From positions 128,001-192,000 of the forward strand of contig JAVJQW010000057.1 in NCBI GenBank assembly GCA_040218735.1: a DNA stretch of 64,000 nucleotides, read 5' to 3'. Both the position numbers and the translations under genes were made by a program. Shown here in pieces: positions 38,909 to 48,094 of this stretch. The notes under the pieces were generated by a model. It did no database searches and was not told the DNA's origin. It saw only the letters and a program-made list of their open reading frames with translations. The number at the start of each line of letters is the position of its first letter. Within the stretch, counting starts at the first letter, position 1. This DNA is from Deltaproteobacteria bacterium (lineage in GTDB: Bacteria; Myxococcota; Kuafuiibacteriia; Kuafuiibacteriales; Kuafuiibacteriaceae).

Positions 38909-40209
38909 GTCGTCCCCACGTACGCATCGAGGACCCCGGCGAGCTGCCGCGCCTGCGCGCGCCGCGAGTACTTCTCTGCGGTGCTTGCCCGCATCGCCGG
39001 GTCCTGGTCGTGCAGAGTCCCGGCTTCGAATCGTTCCAACAGCCGCACCACCGCGCGGTACGCCTCGTCCGGATCCCCGACGTTCACGAGTGTGCCGTTC
39101 TTCGCCTCGTCGATCATCGGCCCCACCACGCTCCCCTTCGGGAGCAGCGCGAGGAGGTGCCGCCCCAGCGCGAGCGCCTCGTACGCCTTACCCGGGATGG
39201 TCCCGCGGTAGAGCGGGTTCGCGTCGTTCACCATCGCGATCAACACGTCGCACCCGAGGCTGTAGCGGATGCTGTCGTCGCGCGACATGTGCCCGACGTT
39301 CTGCACCAAGTCACCGAGCCCCTTCGCCTCCACCTGCTCCGCGAGCTTCGCCGGGAATCCGGTGAACGTGACGAGTGGCGCGCGTGATCGTCCGTGCGAC
39401 TCGACGATGCGCTCCACCGTGTCGACCACCAACCCGAACGGATGGGTGTACTGCGGCGTCCCGTTGAAGTGCAGGTGAAGCCGCGCGTTCTTCGGCCGCT
39501 CGTCCGCGGCGGCGAGGAGCTCCGTCGGGATGTCGTGCCCGTTTCGTATGACGTGAAACTTCGACGCCGGCAGACCGAAGCGCTCCGCGAGGTGGTCGCG
39601 ATAACCGGGCGACACACAGACGATACCGTCCACCGTCTTCACGACACGCGCCTCCACCCGCTCGAAGAACGCCTGCTGGTAACTCGTCTGTTTGATCTGC
39701 ACGCGGTCGTCCGACCACAGGTCGCGGTAGTCCATCACCCACGGGATTCGTTTCGCCGCGCGGACGATCAACCCCGCGAGGTGCGCGACGTGCGGAGGTC
39801 CGCTCGTGAACATCGCGTCGACCTCGCCGCGCCGGACGAGCGCCGCTCCCTTCGCCGCGACCTTCATCGCCCAGTGAAACTGCGCGTCCGGGTAGTGGTG
39901 GATGAACAGCTTCCCCGCACGCACTGCCGGTCGTTTCAGTAGACGCGGGAGCGGCAACCCACCGATCGCGTCGGTGTGTTTCTGCAGGTCCCCCTGGAAC
40001 TGACTCGTGATGCGGTGCACCTCGGTCACCGCGGGGAGCTCCGCGAGGAGCGCGTCGTCGTAACGCGACCGCGACGGCGAACGGTCCGAGCACAGCACCG
40101 TCAACGCGTACCCGTTCTCCGGCAGGTACTTCGCGAAGCTGAACGCCCGCCAGATCCCCGGCCCGCTCATCGGCGGGAAGTCGAGGTTCACGTAGAGGAG
40201 TCGTCGCAC
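38905..40209 (-). CDS. GT4 (GT-B) glycosyltransferase
   Basis: DFPPMSGPG..R, TSGPP, DYRDLW, IRNG, IPGKAYE, YSR. Confidence 0.9.
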   Translation of the reverse strand: MRRLLYVNLDFPPMSGPGIWRAFSFAKYLPENGYALTVLCSDRSPSRSRYDDALLAELPAVTEVHRITSQFQGDLQKHTDAIGGLPLPRLLKRPAVRAGKLFIHHYPDAQFHWAMKVAAKGAALVRRGEVDAMFTSGPPHVAHLAGLIVRAAKRIPWVMDYRDLWSDDRVQIKQTSYQQAFFERVEARVVKTVDGIVCVSPGYRDHLAERFGLPASKFHVIRNGHDIPTELLAAADERPKNARLHLHFNGTPQYTHPFGLVVDTVERIVESHGRSRAPLVTFTGFPAKLAEQVEAKGLGDLVQNVGHMSRDDSIRYSLGCDVLIAMVNDANPLYRGTIPGKAYEALALGRHLLALLPKGSVVGPMIDEAKNGTLVNVGDPDEAYRAVVRLLERFEAGTLHDQDPAMRASTAEKYSRRAQARQLAGVLDAYVGTT

Positions 40210-40256
40210 GGGCCGCCCCGGAGCCTAGCCGAAGCCGCCCGCCCTGCAAGGTGATT

Positions 40257-42551
40257 TCAGCGCTTCACCGTCCACACCGACGGCGGCACATGCATCGTCA
40301 CGCCCTGCCCGAGGATCTCGACGCTCGAAGCCGGCGCGTTCAGCGTCCCGGCGAACGACGGGATGACGTCGTAGGCGATCGGCGCCGACCCCGCCCGCAC
40401 CGCGAACGTGAGCTCCACGCCCGACGCGTCGACCACGTAGCGCTCCAACGTCCCCGTGATCTGCTGCGACGCCAACGACGACGGGTCCGGCCGCACGCCC
40501 GCGGGGAGCTGATGTTTCACCGTCACCCGCGTCCCTGGCGGCGCCCCGACGCGCACCGCGACCGGGACCTTCGCCCCCACGCGAGCCGCCGCGCCGACGT
40601 CGATCTCCAACGCGAGGTCACGACGCGTCGGTGCCGGCCACGGGACGTACGACTCGAGCGTGAGCGTGAAGCCGAGCCCTGGTACCGGAGGCTGCGCCTC
40701 GACCTTCCACTGATGCGCCCCCACCGCGCCGCGCACCCGCGCGCTCAGCGCGTAACGCTCATGACGACGCTTCGGATCGATCGCACCCGACACGACCTCC
40801 TCGCCGTCCTTCGTCAGACGGATCTTCACGTTCTCGGGGATGGGCTCGTCGAACACCACCGCCACCGCGCGCAGCGCCGCGAGGTTCGTCACCGCGTCGC
40901 CGAAGCCGCCCCACGGCCGGTACGCGGAGAGAATCGCCGCGCCGAGATCCGGGAGCAGCTTCGAAGCGTCTTCACTCCCGTGTAACGCGAGCACCGCGAG
41001 GGCCGTCGCCTCGACCACCGTCGGCCGCCGACCATCCGCACGGACCACGCCCTTCGGCACCGGGAGGATCCGCGCGCCGTCCTCGCGCTGCTCGAGCGCA
41101 TCGACGACCCGCTTCCGCAGCACGTCGCGGATCGTGCCTTCCACGCCACCGCTCGCGACGATCGCCGCCGCCGTGTACGCGTCCTCGACGCGGCGCGTGT
41201 GGCGCTCGAACGCACCGCTCGCGCGCACCGTCACGGCGCGTGCACGACGCTCGCCCGCTTCGTCGTCACCCGCCGCGAGCACCGCACGCACGCCGTCCGC
41301 CGTCGCGATCAACACCCGCTGCAGCGGCCACCCCGTGCCGCCACCGAACGTCCCGTCAGGGCTCTGCGCCGACTGCAGCTGCGACGCCAGACGATCGCCG
41401 AGCCGCTTCAGCACCGGCTGCTCGGGGTGCGCCAACGCGGCCTCCACGAACAGCGCGGCGGTCGCCGGATCCGGAGCGCGCGTGTGGCGCAAGGTACGTT
41501 GCGTCGCGACGATCCGCATGCGCCGCAGGTGCTCGGGGTCGACCTTGCCCCCGAGCTTCTCCGCCAAGACACCCGCCCGCCCCGCGAGGAGCAGCGTGTA
41601 CGCATCGTCGGCCGGGCCGCCGCGCGCCATGCACGCGCCGACCTCCGAAGTCAGCAGACCGAGCGCGCCCGGGTACACGACGAGGCGCGCACGAACCGCG
41701 TCCGGGTCCGCGTTCGACGCGACGTCGATGGCGACCGTCCGCGGCGATGCGAGCGTCCCACCGTGCTCCGACTCCACGAGGCGCCCACGCGGGAAGACCT
41801 CGAACGTCCGCTCCACGGCGTCGTAGCGACCGAACCGCGCGGAGAGCTTCACCGTCCCGGGCCGGTCGGCGCGCACCCGCAGGAACCGCACCGTCGAACC
41901 GCCGCGCGGCAGCTTCACGTCGCCCGCCGCGGCCACCAGCACGGCCCCCTCGACGTTCGCCGTGAGCTTCCCGGACACCGCCTCTTCGGTGTTGTTCACG
42001 ACCTGGATCGGCACGTCGACGACGTCCGAGACCAAGAGCTGCTTCGGCACGATCGGGTCGAGGTAGACCGGCAGCGTCCCGACGAATGACGTCACCGTCC
42101 CCGCCTGTGCACCGTCGCGCGAGTGCGCCAGCGCGAGCACCCGCCACGTCGTGAGGCGGTCGGGGATCTTCACGTCGTACGATGCCTGCCCCGACGCGTT
42201 CGTCTCGACCCGCGGCTCCCACAGGAACGTCTCCGGGAACCACGCGCGGGTCGCGGGCGCAGCCTCGCCGTCTTCGTCGTCCGCCTCCGGCTCGGCCTCG
42301 GGCTCCATGTTGCCCTTGCCTTCGAGCATCAGGCTCCCGACCGACGCCTCCTTCTTCATCTTTGCGCGCGAGCGACGCGGCGCCTCCGCCGGCGCGGGTG
42401 ATCCGGGGGCCACCCCGCCGAACCCGCCTCCGCCGCGGTCGGCGGCGAGATCGAACGCCTCCTCCTGCTCCATGATGGCGGCCGGCGCCTCGTCCTTCTG
42501 CGCGCAACCGACGACCAACGTCAGGGCAACGATCCACTGAATGGACTTCAC
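40257..42551 (-). CDS. Alpha-2-macroglobulin C-terminal half, as a separate lipoprotein
   Basis: Lipobox LVVGC; disordered bait-like segment; RAWFPETFLWEP; IPDRLTTWR; TED-like helices (QSPDGTF); C-terminal LPAG...APASSVE; no CxEQ. Confidence 0.85.
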   Translation of the reverse strand: MKSIQWIVALTLVVGCAQKDEAPAAIMEQEEAFDLAADRGGGGFGGVAPGSPAPAEAPRRSRAKMKKEASVGSLMLEGKGNMEPEAEPEADDEDGEAAPATRAWFPETFLWEPRVETNASGQASYDVKIPDRLTTWRVLALAHSRDGAQAGTVTSFVGTLPVYLDPIVPKQLLVSDVVDVPIQVVNNTEEAVSGKLTANVEGAVLVAAAGDVKLPRGGSTVRFLRVRADRPGTVKLSARFGRYDAVERTFEVFPRGRLVESEHGGTLASPRTVAIDVASNADPDAVRARLVVYPGALGLLTSEVGACMARGGPADDAYTLLLAGRAGVLAEKLGGKVDPEHLRRMRIVATQRTLRHTRAPDPATAALFVEAALAHPEQPVLKRLGDRLASQLQSAQSPDGTFGGGTGWPLQRVLIATADGVRAVLAAGDDEAGERRARAVTVRASGAFERHTRRVEDAYTAAAIVASGGVEGTIRDVLRKRVVDALEQREDGARILPVPKGVVRADGRRPTVVEATALAVLALHGSEDASKLLPDLGAAILSAYRPWGGFGDAVTNLAALRAVAVVFDEPIPENVKIRLTKDGEEVVSGAIDPKRRHERYALSARVRGAVGAHQWKVEAQPPVPGLGFTLTLESYVPWPAPTRRDLALEIDVGAAARVGAKVPVAVRVGAPPGTRVTVKHQLPAGVRPDPSSLASQQITGTLERYVVDASGVELTFAVRAGSAPIAYDVIPSFAGTLNAPASSVEILGQGVTMHVPPSVWTVKR

Positions 42552-45500
42552 GGCTTCACCTTCCTCACCCACGCCTGCCAGTTCTCGACGTCCTCGGGCA
42601 TCCGCGTCCCTTCGATCACCACGAGGCGGGGATCCGTCAGCGCCAACAGATCCTGAGGCAGACGCGACAGCCGCAGCGGACGCCCGTACGCGTCGTCGAC
42701 CCGCTCACCTCTCGCCTGCACGGCGTCGCGCGCCGAGACAAACAGCTCCGCCATCCGCTTCGGCGTCATCATCTCCTCCTTGGGCGCCGCCTCCTCCCAC
42801 TTGCGCACCTGCGCGTGGAGCTCGAGCAGCACCGCGTAGAAGTGATCCGTGAGCGGCGCGATCGGGTCGAACGTCGTCGAGCCGTTCGCGCTCGTGAACA
42901 CGTCGCTCTCCGCGGGCGACGGGATGTTCGTCACCTTCAGCACCGTCGCCTCGATCGCGTTCTTCCCGCGGATACGCCCCATCGTCAGCGCCTTCGCGTC
43001 GAGCGCACCGAACGCCGCGCCGTTCATCTGCGGCAGGTCCCGTAGCGACGCCATGTCACTCGGCCCGGGCAGCGACACGAGCTGTCCGAGCGACTCGTCC
43101 ACACCGATCAAACCCACCGCAGCCGGCGTCCCGGTCTTGCCCGCGTTCGTCTGAATCGCGAGCGTCGCCGTCTCGCCCGGGCGGTACTTCGGTTTGTCCG
43201 GCGTGACGGACACCGACAGCTCGGCGTCGTCCTGGACATAAACCAGCGCACGTCCGCCGCCCCAGCTCGCTTCGAACCAGCCCTCGGCGTCCGCGGGGAG
43301 CGTGAAGCTCGCACGTTTCTTCTCGCGATCGACCTCGGTCTCCAGGTTGTGCACCGCGCTCCGCAGCCAGATCTTCTTCGGCAGCTCACCGACGAACGAA
43401 GGCCCGCGCAAGAAGCTCAGCTCCACCGCGTCGCCCGGCTTCGCGATGGTCGGCGTCGCGCGGATGCGGAACGACGGCACCGTCCCCGGCCGACGCCGCA
43501 GCGTCGTCTCGCCGATCTTCTCGCCGTCCTTGGTCTCGGCCGACACCGCCAGCTCGTACCCGAGGAACGTCGTCGGCCCGGGCTGGTTCACCTCGATCGA
43601 CGCACGCGGCCGAATCGACAACCGCGCGTAGCCGAAGTGCGGTGTCGCCGCGAGCTGCTGAACGCGATCGCGATCCGCGTCGAGGCTCGCCGCCGAGAAC
43701 CGCGCCTCGATACAGGACTGCACCCCGCGCGCGGGACGCAGGCCCGAGAACTTCGGGTCTGCGCCGAAGCGCACCGCGAGCCGACCGTTGGCACCGATCG
43801 CCCACCGCAACAAACGCGGCCACTTCGAGCCCGACCGCAGGTCCGGCGACAGGCAACGACGTGCGTTCAACGCCGCGCGCGCCAACGCGACCGACACCTC
43901 GCTCGGCACCTCCGGCATCCCGTCCGCGTCGACCTCGACGGACGGCAGGTCCGCGTTGAGCGTCACCGAGATCCGGTAGAGGCGCTCCGTCCCGCGCGGG
44001 AGCCCCTTGCCTCCGAGCTGCTTCGCGAGGCAACGCGCCGCGGGCGCATCACCGCTCGACACCCCGTTGATGCGCCCCGTGGGCTCGACCGAGAGCCCCA
44101 GCTGGAACGTGTCGCTCGACCCCGACACGAGGTGCGCGCAGTCGCCGAAGCCGTCCTTCCAGCGGCTGATCATCGTCTGGTCCGCGAGCACGTAGCCGCC
44201 GTCGATCATCTCCGTGATCGAGTCGATCACCGCCGGCGCCGGACGCGGCGGCGGTCGCACCGGCATCGCCGGCACCACGACGTTCACCGGCGAACCAGGA
44301 TCGATCTGCAGCGAGCCGACGCCGTCCTCGTCCGCCTCGACCGTAACGCCCTCGTCCGTCGTGTCCCACGCACGCTTCACGTTCAGCTTCACCCCCGCGA
44401 GCGGGGTGCCGGCCGGCGTCGTCGCGCGCAGGTACACGCGGTTGTTGAACCCGCCGACCAACCCGTCCGCGAGCTCCGTGACCACGTCGACCGCGATGCC
44501 GTCCTCGCTGAACAACAGCGACGTCGCTCCGTCGACTCGATCCCCCGACGCGTCCGTCGCGCCGAGGCTCGCCGAGACGTTCAGCGTGCCCATCAGCCGC
44601 GCCGGCACCGCGGGGAGCGTGACGTCGAACGTGCCCTGGGCATCCGCGACGAGTGACTTGGGCAACGCCGCGACCCACGTGCGCGGCGGCGGCCACTCGC
44701 CGTTCACGCGCCAGTGCAACGTGACCCGCGCGCCCGACACCGGCGCGCCGGACGAGTACCGCACGGTGCCGCGCAGCTTCGGGACGTCGTTGGGTCGGTA
44801 GAACGGACGGTTCGGCGTCGCCGACACCGAGAAGCGCGGGAGCTGGAAGGGCGCGACGCGAACCGAGACCTCGCCGTTCGCGGAGCCCGACACCCACCGC
44901 ACGCGCCACGCACCCGTCGGCGCGCCCGCGTCCAGCGGGAGGCTCCCGCTCGCGACGCCGAACGCACCCGCCTCCGCCTTCTCCTCCAAGACGAGCGTGC
45001 CCGTCGGGTCGTAGACCTCGAAGCGCCCCGGGCGTCCGTCGAGCGGCGCGAGGTCGCGCGCGCGGAGCACCGTGGCGCGGAAGTGGATCGTGTTGCCCGG
45101 CTCGTAGAGCGGGCGGTCGGTGATGACGTGGATCTTCGCCGGCGCGTACACCGCGAGCGGCACCGCGAGCTGGTGCTCGCCGAGGGGGGTCTGCACCGTC
45201 GCGCGGAGCTTGTAGTCGCCGTCGCCGAGGTCCTTCGGGAGCACGATCTGTCCGGCCACGGCGTCCCCGTCGTCCTTCCACCCCTCCTTGGGTTCGAGGG
45301 GGGTCGCCGCGTCACCGTCGAGCAGCTCGAGGCGCGCGGTGATCCGGGACAGCGACGCCGTGCGGATCTCGTCCGCCGGCCCCGTCGTGTAGTAGCCGTA
45401 CGCACCGACCTGCACCTGCCCGGGGGTCCCGCGGCGCAGGCCGTACGCGTCGATGCGCACCCCGCCGAGGACGTCCCCGCTGGGGCACTGCTCGACCGCC

Positions 45501-45610
45501 ATCCCGTACTTGAGGTAGGCGCTGATGCAGACGACGTTGCTGATGATCAGCAGCGCGATGAGCGCGACAGCGGCGCCCAGACCGAGCAGGACCTTCTTGG
45601 CTCGACTCAT
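42548..45610 (-). CDS. Alpha-2-macroglobulin N-terminal half (MG domains, BRD) with inserts
   Basis: TDRPLYEPG, FGVASG, GAW, FQLPRFSV, YSSGAPV, PDKPKYRPGE, GVDES; N-terminal hydrophobic anchor. Confidence 0.85.
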   Translation of the reverse strand: MSRAKKVLLGLGAAVALIALLIISNVVCISAYLKYGMAVEQCPSGDVLGGVRIDAYGLRRGTPGQVQVGAYGYYTTGPADEIRTASLSRITARLELLDGDAATPLEPKEGWKDDGDAVAGQIVLPKDLGDGDYKLRATVQTPLGEHQLAVPLAVYAPAKIHVITDRPLYEPGNTIHFRATVLRARDLAPLDGRPGRFEVYDPTGTLVLEEKAEAGAFGVASGSLPLDAGAPTGAWRVRWVSGSANGEVSVRVAPFQLPRFSVSATPNRPFYRPNDVPKLRGTVRYSSGAPVSGARVTLHWRVNGEWPPPRTWVAALPKSLVADAQGTFDVTLPAVPARLMGTLNVSASLGATDASGDRVDGATSLLFSEDGIAVDVVTELADGLVGGFNNRVYLRATTPAGTPLAGVKLNVKRAWDTTDEGVTVEADEDGVGSLQIDPGSPVNVVVPAMPVRPPPRPAPAVIDSITEMIDGGYVLADQTMISRWKDGFGDCAHLVSGSSDTFQLGLSVEPTGRINGVSSGDAPAARCLAKQLGGKGLPRGTERLYRISVTLNADLPSVEVDADGMPEVPSEVSVALARAALNARRCLSPDLRSGSKWPRLLRWAIGANGRLAVRFGADPKFSGLRPARGVQSCIEARFSAASLDADRDRVQQLAATPHFGYARLSIRPRASIEVNQPGPTTFLGYELAVSAETKDGEKIGETTLRRRPGTVPSFRIRATPTIAKPGDAVELSFLRGPSFVGELPKKIWLRSAVHNLETEVDREKKRASFTLPADAEGWFEASWGGGRALVYVQDDAELSVSVTPDKPKYRPGETATLAIQTNAGKTGTPAAVGLIGVDESLGQLVSLPGPSDMASLRDLPQMNGAAFGALDAKALTMGRIRGKNAIEATVLKVTNIPSPAESDVFTSANGSTTFDPIAPLTDHFYAVLLELHAQVRKWEEAAPKEEMMTPKRMAELFVSARDAVQARGERVDDAYGRPLRLSRLPQDLLALTDPRLVVIEGTRMPEDVENWQAWVRKVKP

Positions 45611-45682
45611 GGCGCGCGCATCATAGGACCGCTTCGGGGACAACGCGAACGTGCCCCCGGAGTCTGGCGCGCAGAGTGGGTC

Positions 45683-46297
45683 TTAGTCGTCGTCGAAGAC
45701 GATCTCGAAGCCGTTGTTCCCGATGAAGATGACCGTGTCGCTCTCATCCGGGATCTTGAACGCGTGCACGTCCTTTTCGGTCTTCTCGATCGCCTCACCC
45801 GGGCCGTACCGCGTCCCGTCGTCGTCGATCATCGCGCCGACCAGGATGTAGTTCACCTCGAACCCGTGGTGTTTGTGGCGCGGGAACTCGAGCCCGGCCG
45901 GGAGCGTCACGAAGCCGACGTCGGCCGCGCAGGCCGCCGGCCCGCCGTCGAAGTGGATGAGCTTGATGCCCGGGAACGGACCGTCTTCCCACTCCCCGTC
46001 GATCTTCTTGAACAGCTCGCGGACCTTCTCGACCGCGAGATCCGCGTAACGGGCGACGTCCGCCGCGAACGGGAGGAAGCGATCGCTCCCCGCCACGCTC
46101 TTCATCAGCCGCGCCTTGACGTCCGTCTCGGGCGCGACCGGTGCGAGCGCCATCGGCAGCGTCGTGAACGCGTCGTTGGCGTCCGCGACCTCCTTGGCGA
46201 GATCCGGCGACTGCTCGAGCTCTGCCTCGAACGCCTTCGTCTCCTCTTCGGAGAGCGCGCCCAGGACGTACTCGTACACGAGGTCGTGCGCGTTCAT
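45683..46297 (-). CDS. Anti-sigma factor with ChrR-like cupin domain
   Basis: YVLGALSEEE anti-sigma helix without the ZAS cysteines; cupin PRHKHHGFE..YILVG. Confidence 0.85.
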   Translation of the reverse strand: MNAHDLVYEYVLGALSEEETKAFEAELEQSPDLAKEVADANDAFTTLPMALAPVAPETDVKARLMKSVAGSDRFLPFAADVARYADLAVEKVRELFKKIDGEWEDGPFPGIKLIHFDGGPAACAADVGFVTLPAGLEFPRHKHHGFEVNYILVGAMIDDDGTRYGPGEAIEKTEKDVHAFKIPDESDTVIFIGNNGFEIVFDDD

Positions 46298-46884
46298 GCC
46301 ACACCCCCTTCGTCATCGATCAGCGCGGTCCTCAGCTGCGCGAGCCCACGCGCGACGCGGGACTTCACCGTCCCGATCGGAATGTCGACGTGCTTCGCGA
46401 TCTCCGAAGACGTCATGCCCTGGAAGTAACCGAGCTCCAGCACGGTGCGCTGGTCGGAGGGGAGCGCCGCGAGGGCGGCCCGCACCGTTCGCCGGTCGGG
46501 CGCGACCGACGGATCCTCTTCGCTCACTCCGTCCATGGCGCCGCCCTGCTCGTCCAGTACGACACGGGATCGGCCGGCCGAGCGCAAGCGATCCAGGGCG
46601 CGGCTGCGCATCCGCATGCAGAGCCACGCCCGCACCGTTCCGCGTTGGCGATCGTAGGTCTTGGCGGCCCGCCAGGCCTCCAAGAGCACGTCGTGCAGGA
46701 GATCTTCGGCTTCGCGTTGGTTACCGAGGACCCGTGTCCCGAGGGCCAACAACAGGCCCGAGTAGCGGTCGTAGAGGAAACCCAGCGCGGCCTGATCCCC
46801 GCGTCCGAGCGCCCTCACGAGCTCGACGTCGTCGGTGTCCGGACCCAAGTCCGCCCCCGACCGTGCGTCCGACACGCCGGTCAT
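46294..46884 (-). CDS. ECF RNA polymerase sigma factor
   Basis: GDQAAL..LYDRY, AEDLL, RSRALDRLR, LPSDQR, IPIGTVKSR; ATGA overlap with the anti-sigma gene. Confidence 0.93.
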   Translation of the reverse strand: MTGVSDARSGADLGPDTDDVELVRALGRGDQAALGFLYDRYSGLLLALGTRVLGNQREAEDLLHDVLLEAWRAAKTYDRQRGTVRAWLCMRMRSRALDRLRSAGRSRVVLDEQGGAMDGVSEEDPSVAPDRRTVRAALAALPSDQRTVLELGYFQGMTSSEIAKHVDIPIGTVKSRVARGLAQLRTALIDDEGGVA

Positions 46885-46994
46885 GGGCGGAACGTAGCAG
46901 CGCCCTGAACGCTGCGCCAGCCCGAGTGCAAGGGTCGTCCCCAACACGGGTGAGCTGTAGGTAACAACATGCATCGAGTTGCCGTCATGAGCAG

Positions 46995-47021
46995 TACGTC
47001 TCCCAGGCTGATGAGGATCAC
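46995..47021 (-). promoter_or_regulatory. ECF11/RpoE-ChrR-type autoregulatory promoter
   Basis: Minus strand GTGATCC-N16-CGTA upstream of the ECF gene; matches the TGATC/CGTA consensus as recalled for RpoE-ChrR-group promoters. Confidence 0.65.
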
Positions 47022-47032
47022 GAGCCTTACGA

Positions 47033-48043
47033 TTATTCGGGGGAGGCGGGGGCAACCTCGGATACGATTTCTTCGCACAACGTCCCGAGCCAAGCGTCTA
47101 TGCCCGGAGCGGCCACAATCCGCGGTATCGCGGGCCACGTGGACGCCGCCCAGGCCGCGTACGGCGGGCGCTCGGTGATGCCGCAAGCCTCGAACGCGTC
47201 TCGCAACGAACCACCGCCGAAGCGCTCGAAGATCCGATCCGCCGTCGCGTCGATGATCGCGCCGGTCTCCTCGGCGGCCGCGACGTGCCGGGCGATCAGC
47301 TCCGCGATCGCGTCGATCTCCGCGACTGCGGCGTCGTCGAGCGGACCGACGTGGAACGCGGCCGAGTGGTCCAGCACGAACCCGACGAGCTCTTTCTTCG
47401 CCTGTGCGGCGGAGGGCCCGTCGATGTGATCGACCGTGAACCTCGCCGCGCCGTCCAAGGCGCGCCGGGTGCCCTTCTCCAGGAACCGTTTGATCTCTCC
47501 CTCGAGGCGACGCTCGACCTCCTCGAACACCCGCCCCCCGACGCCGCCCGTCGCCTTCCCCCCGAGCTTGGCGAGCTTGCCGAGCGGCGAAGGCATCACG
47601 GACTGCACGATGCGCGGCACGATCGTGGAGAAGTCGCGGAGCGACCGGTAGAGCGTGTCGGCGACCAGCTCCTCCATCGCCTTTTGGGCGTACAGCGCCT
47701 GAACCCACTCCGGCGCGACCCAGCCGGGCCGAGCCGCGAGTGTCTCGATGCGGCCGCGGGCCTCCTTCGGCACCCACCGCCCGAGCGGCGCCTGGTCCTC
47801 GCGGGCGTGGGCGAGGATCAGCGGGATCACCAGCTTCGCGCTCGGACGCACCAGATCCACGAGGCGATCACTCTGCACCAGCGCGCGCGCGGCCTCGCGC
47901 CCCGCCGCGTCCGGGACGACCTCGGCGAACGGGCTGTCGAGGAGCGCCTCGAAGCCGGCTTCGAGGAGGCCCGCCCAGTCGGCCTCGGCCCGATCGTCCG
48001 TCAACCGCGCGACCAACCAGTTCTTGAGGGCATGTCCGTCCAC
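47033..48043 (-). CDS. Hypothetical all-helical protein
   Basis: 336-aa ORF with amphipathic helices; no family recognised. Confidence 0.7.
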   Translation of the reverse strand: MDGHALKNWLVARLTDDRAEADWAGLLEAGFEALLDSPFAEVVPDAAGREAARALVQSDRLVDLVRPSAKLVIPLILAHAREDQAPLGRWVPKEARGRIETLAARPGWVAPEWVQALYAQKAMEELVADTLYRSLRDFSTIVPRIVQSVMPSPLGKLAKLGGKATGGVGGRVFEEVERRLEGEIKRFLEKGTRRALDGAARFTVDHIDGPSAAQAKKELVGFVLDHSAAFHVGPLDDAAVAEIDAIAELIARHVAAAEETGAIIDATADRIFERFGGGSLRDAFEACGITERPPYAAWAASTWPAIPRIVAAPGIDAWLGTLCEEIVSEVAPASPE

Positions 48044-48094
48044 GTGCGCTCTCTATGTTTTGGGCACGGAGGGTGACAAGCTCTCACCCGCTCG

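Noticed and set aside
42548-42551. Frameshift or pseudogene explanation for the split A2M
   Set aside because: The second ORF has its own purine-rich RBS-like sequence, GTG start and complete lipoprotein signal, and the first ends in an extra helical domain; this is disfavoured but not excluded without homologues
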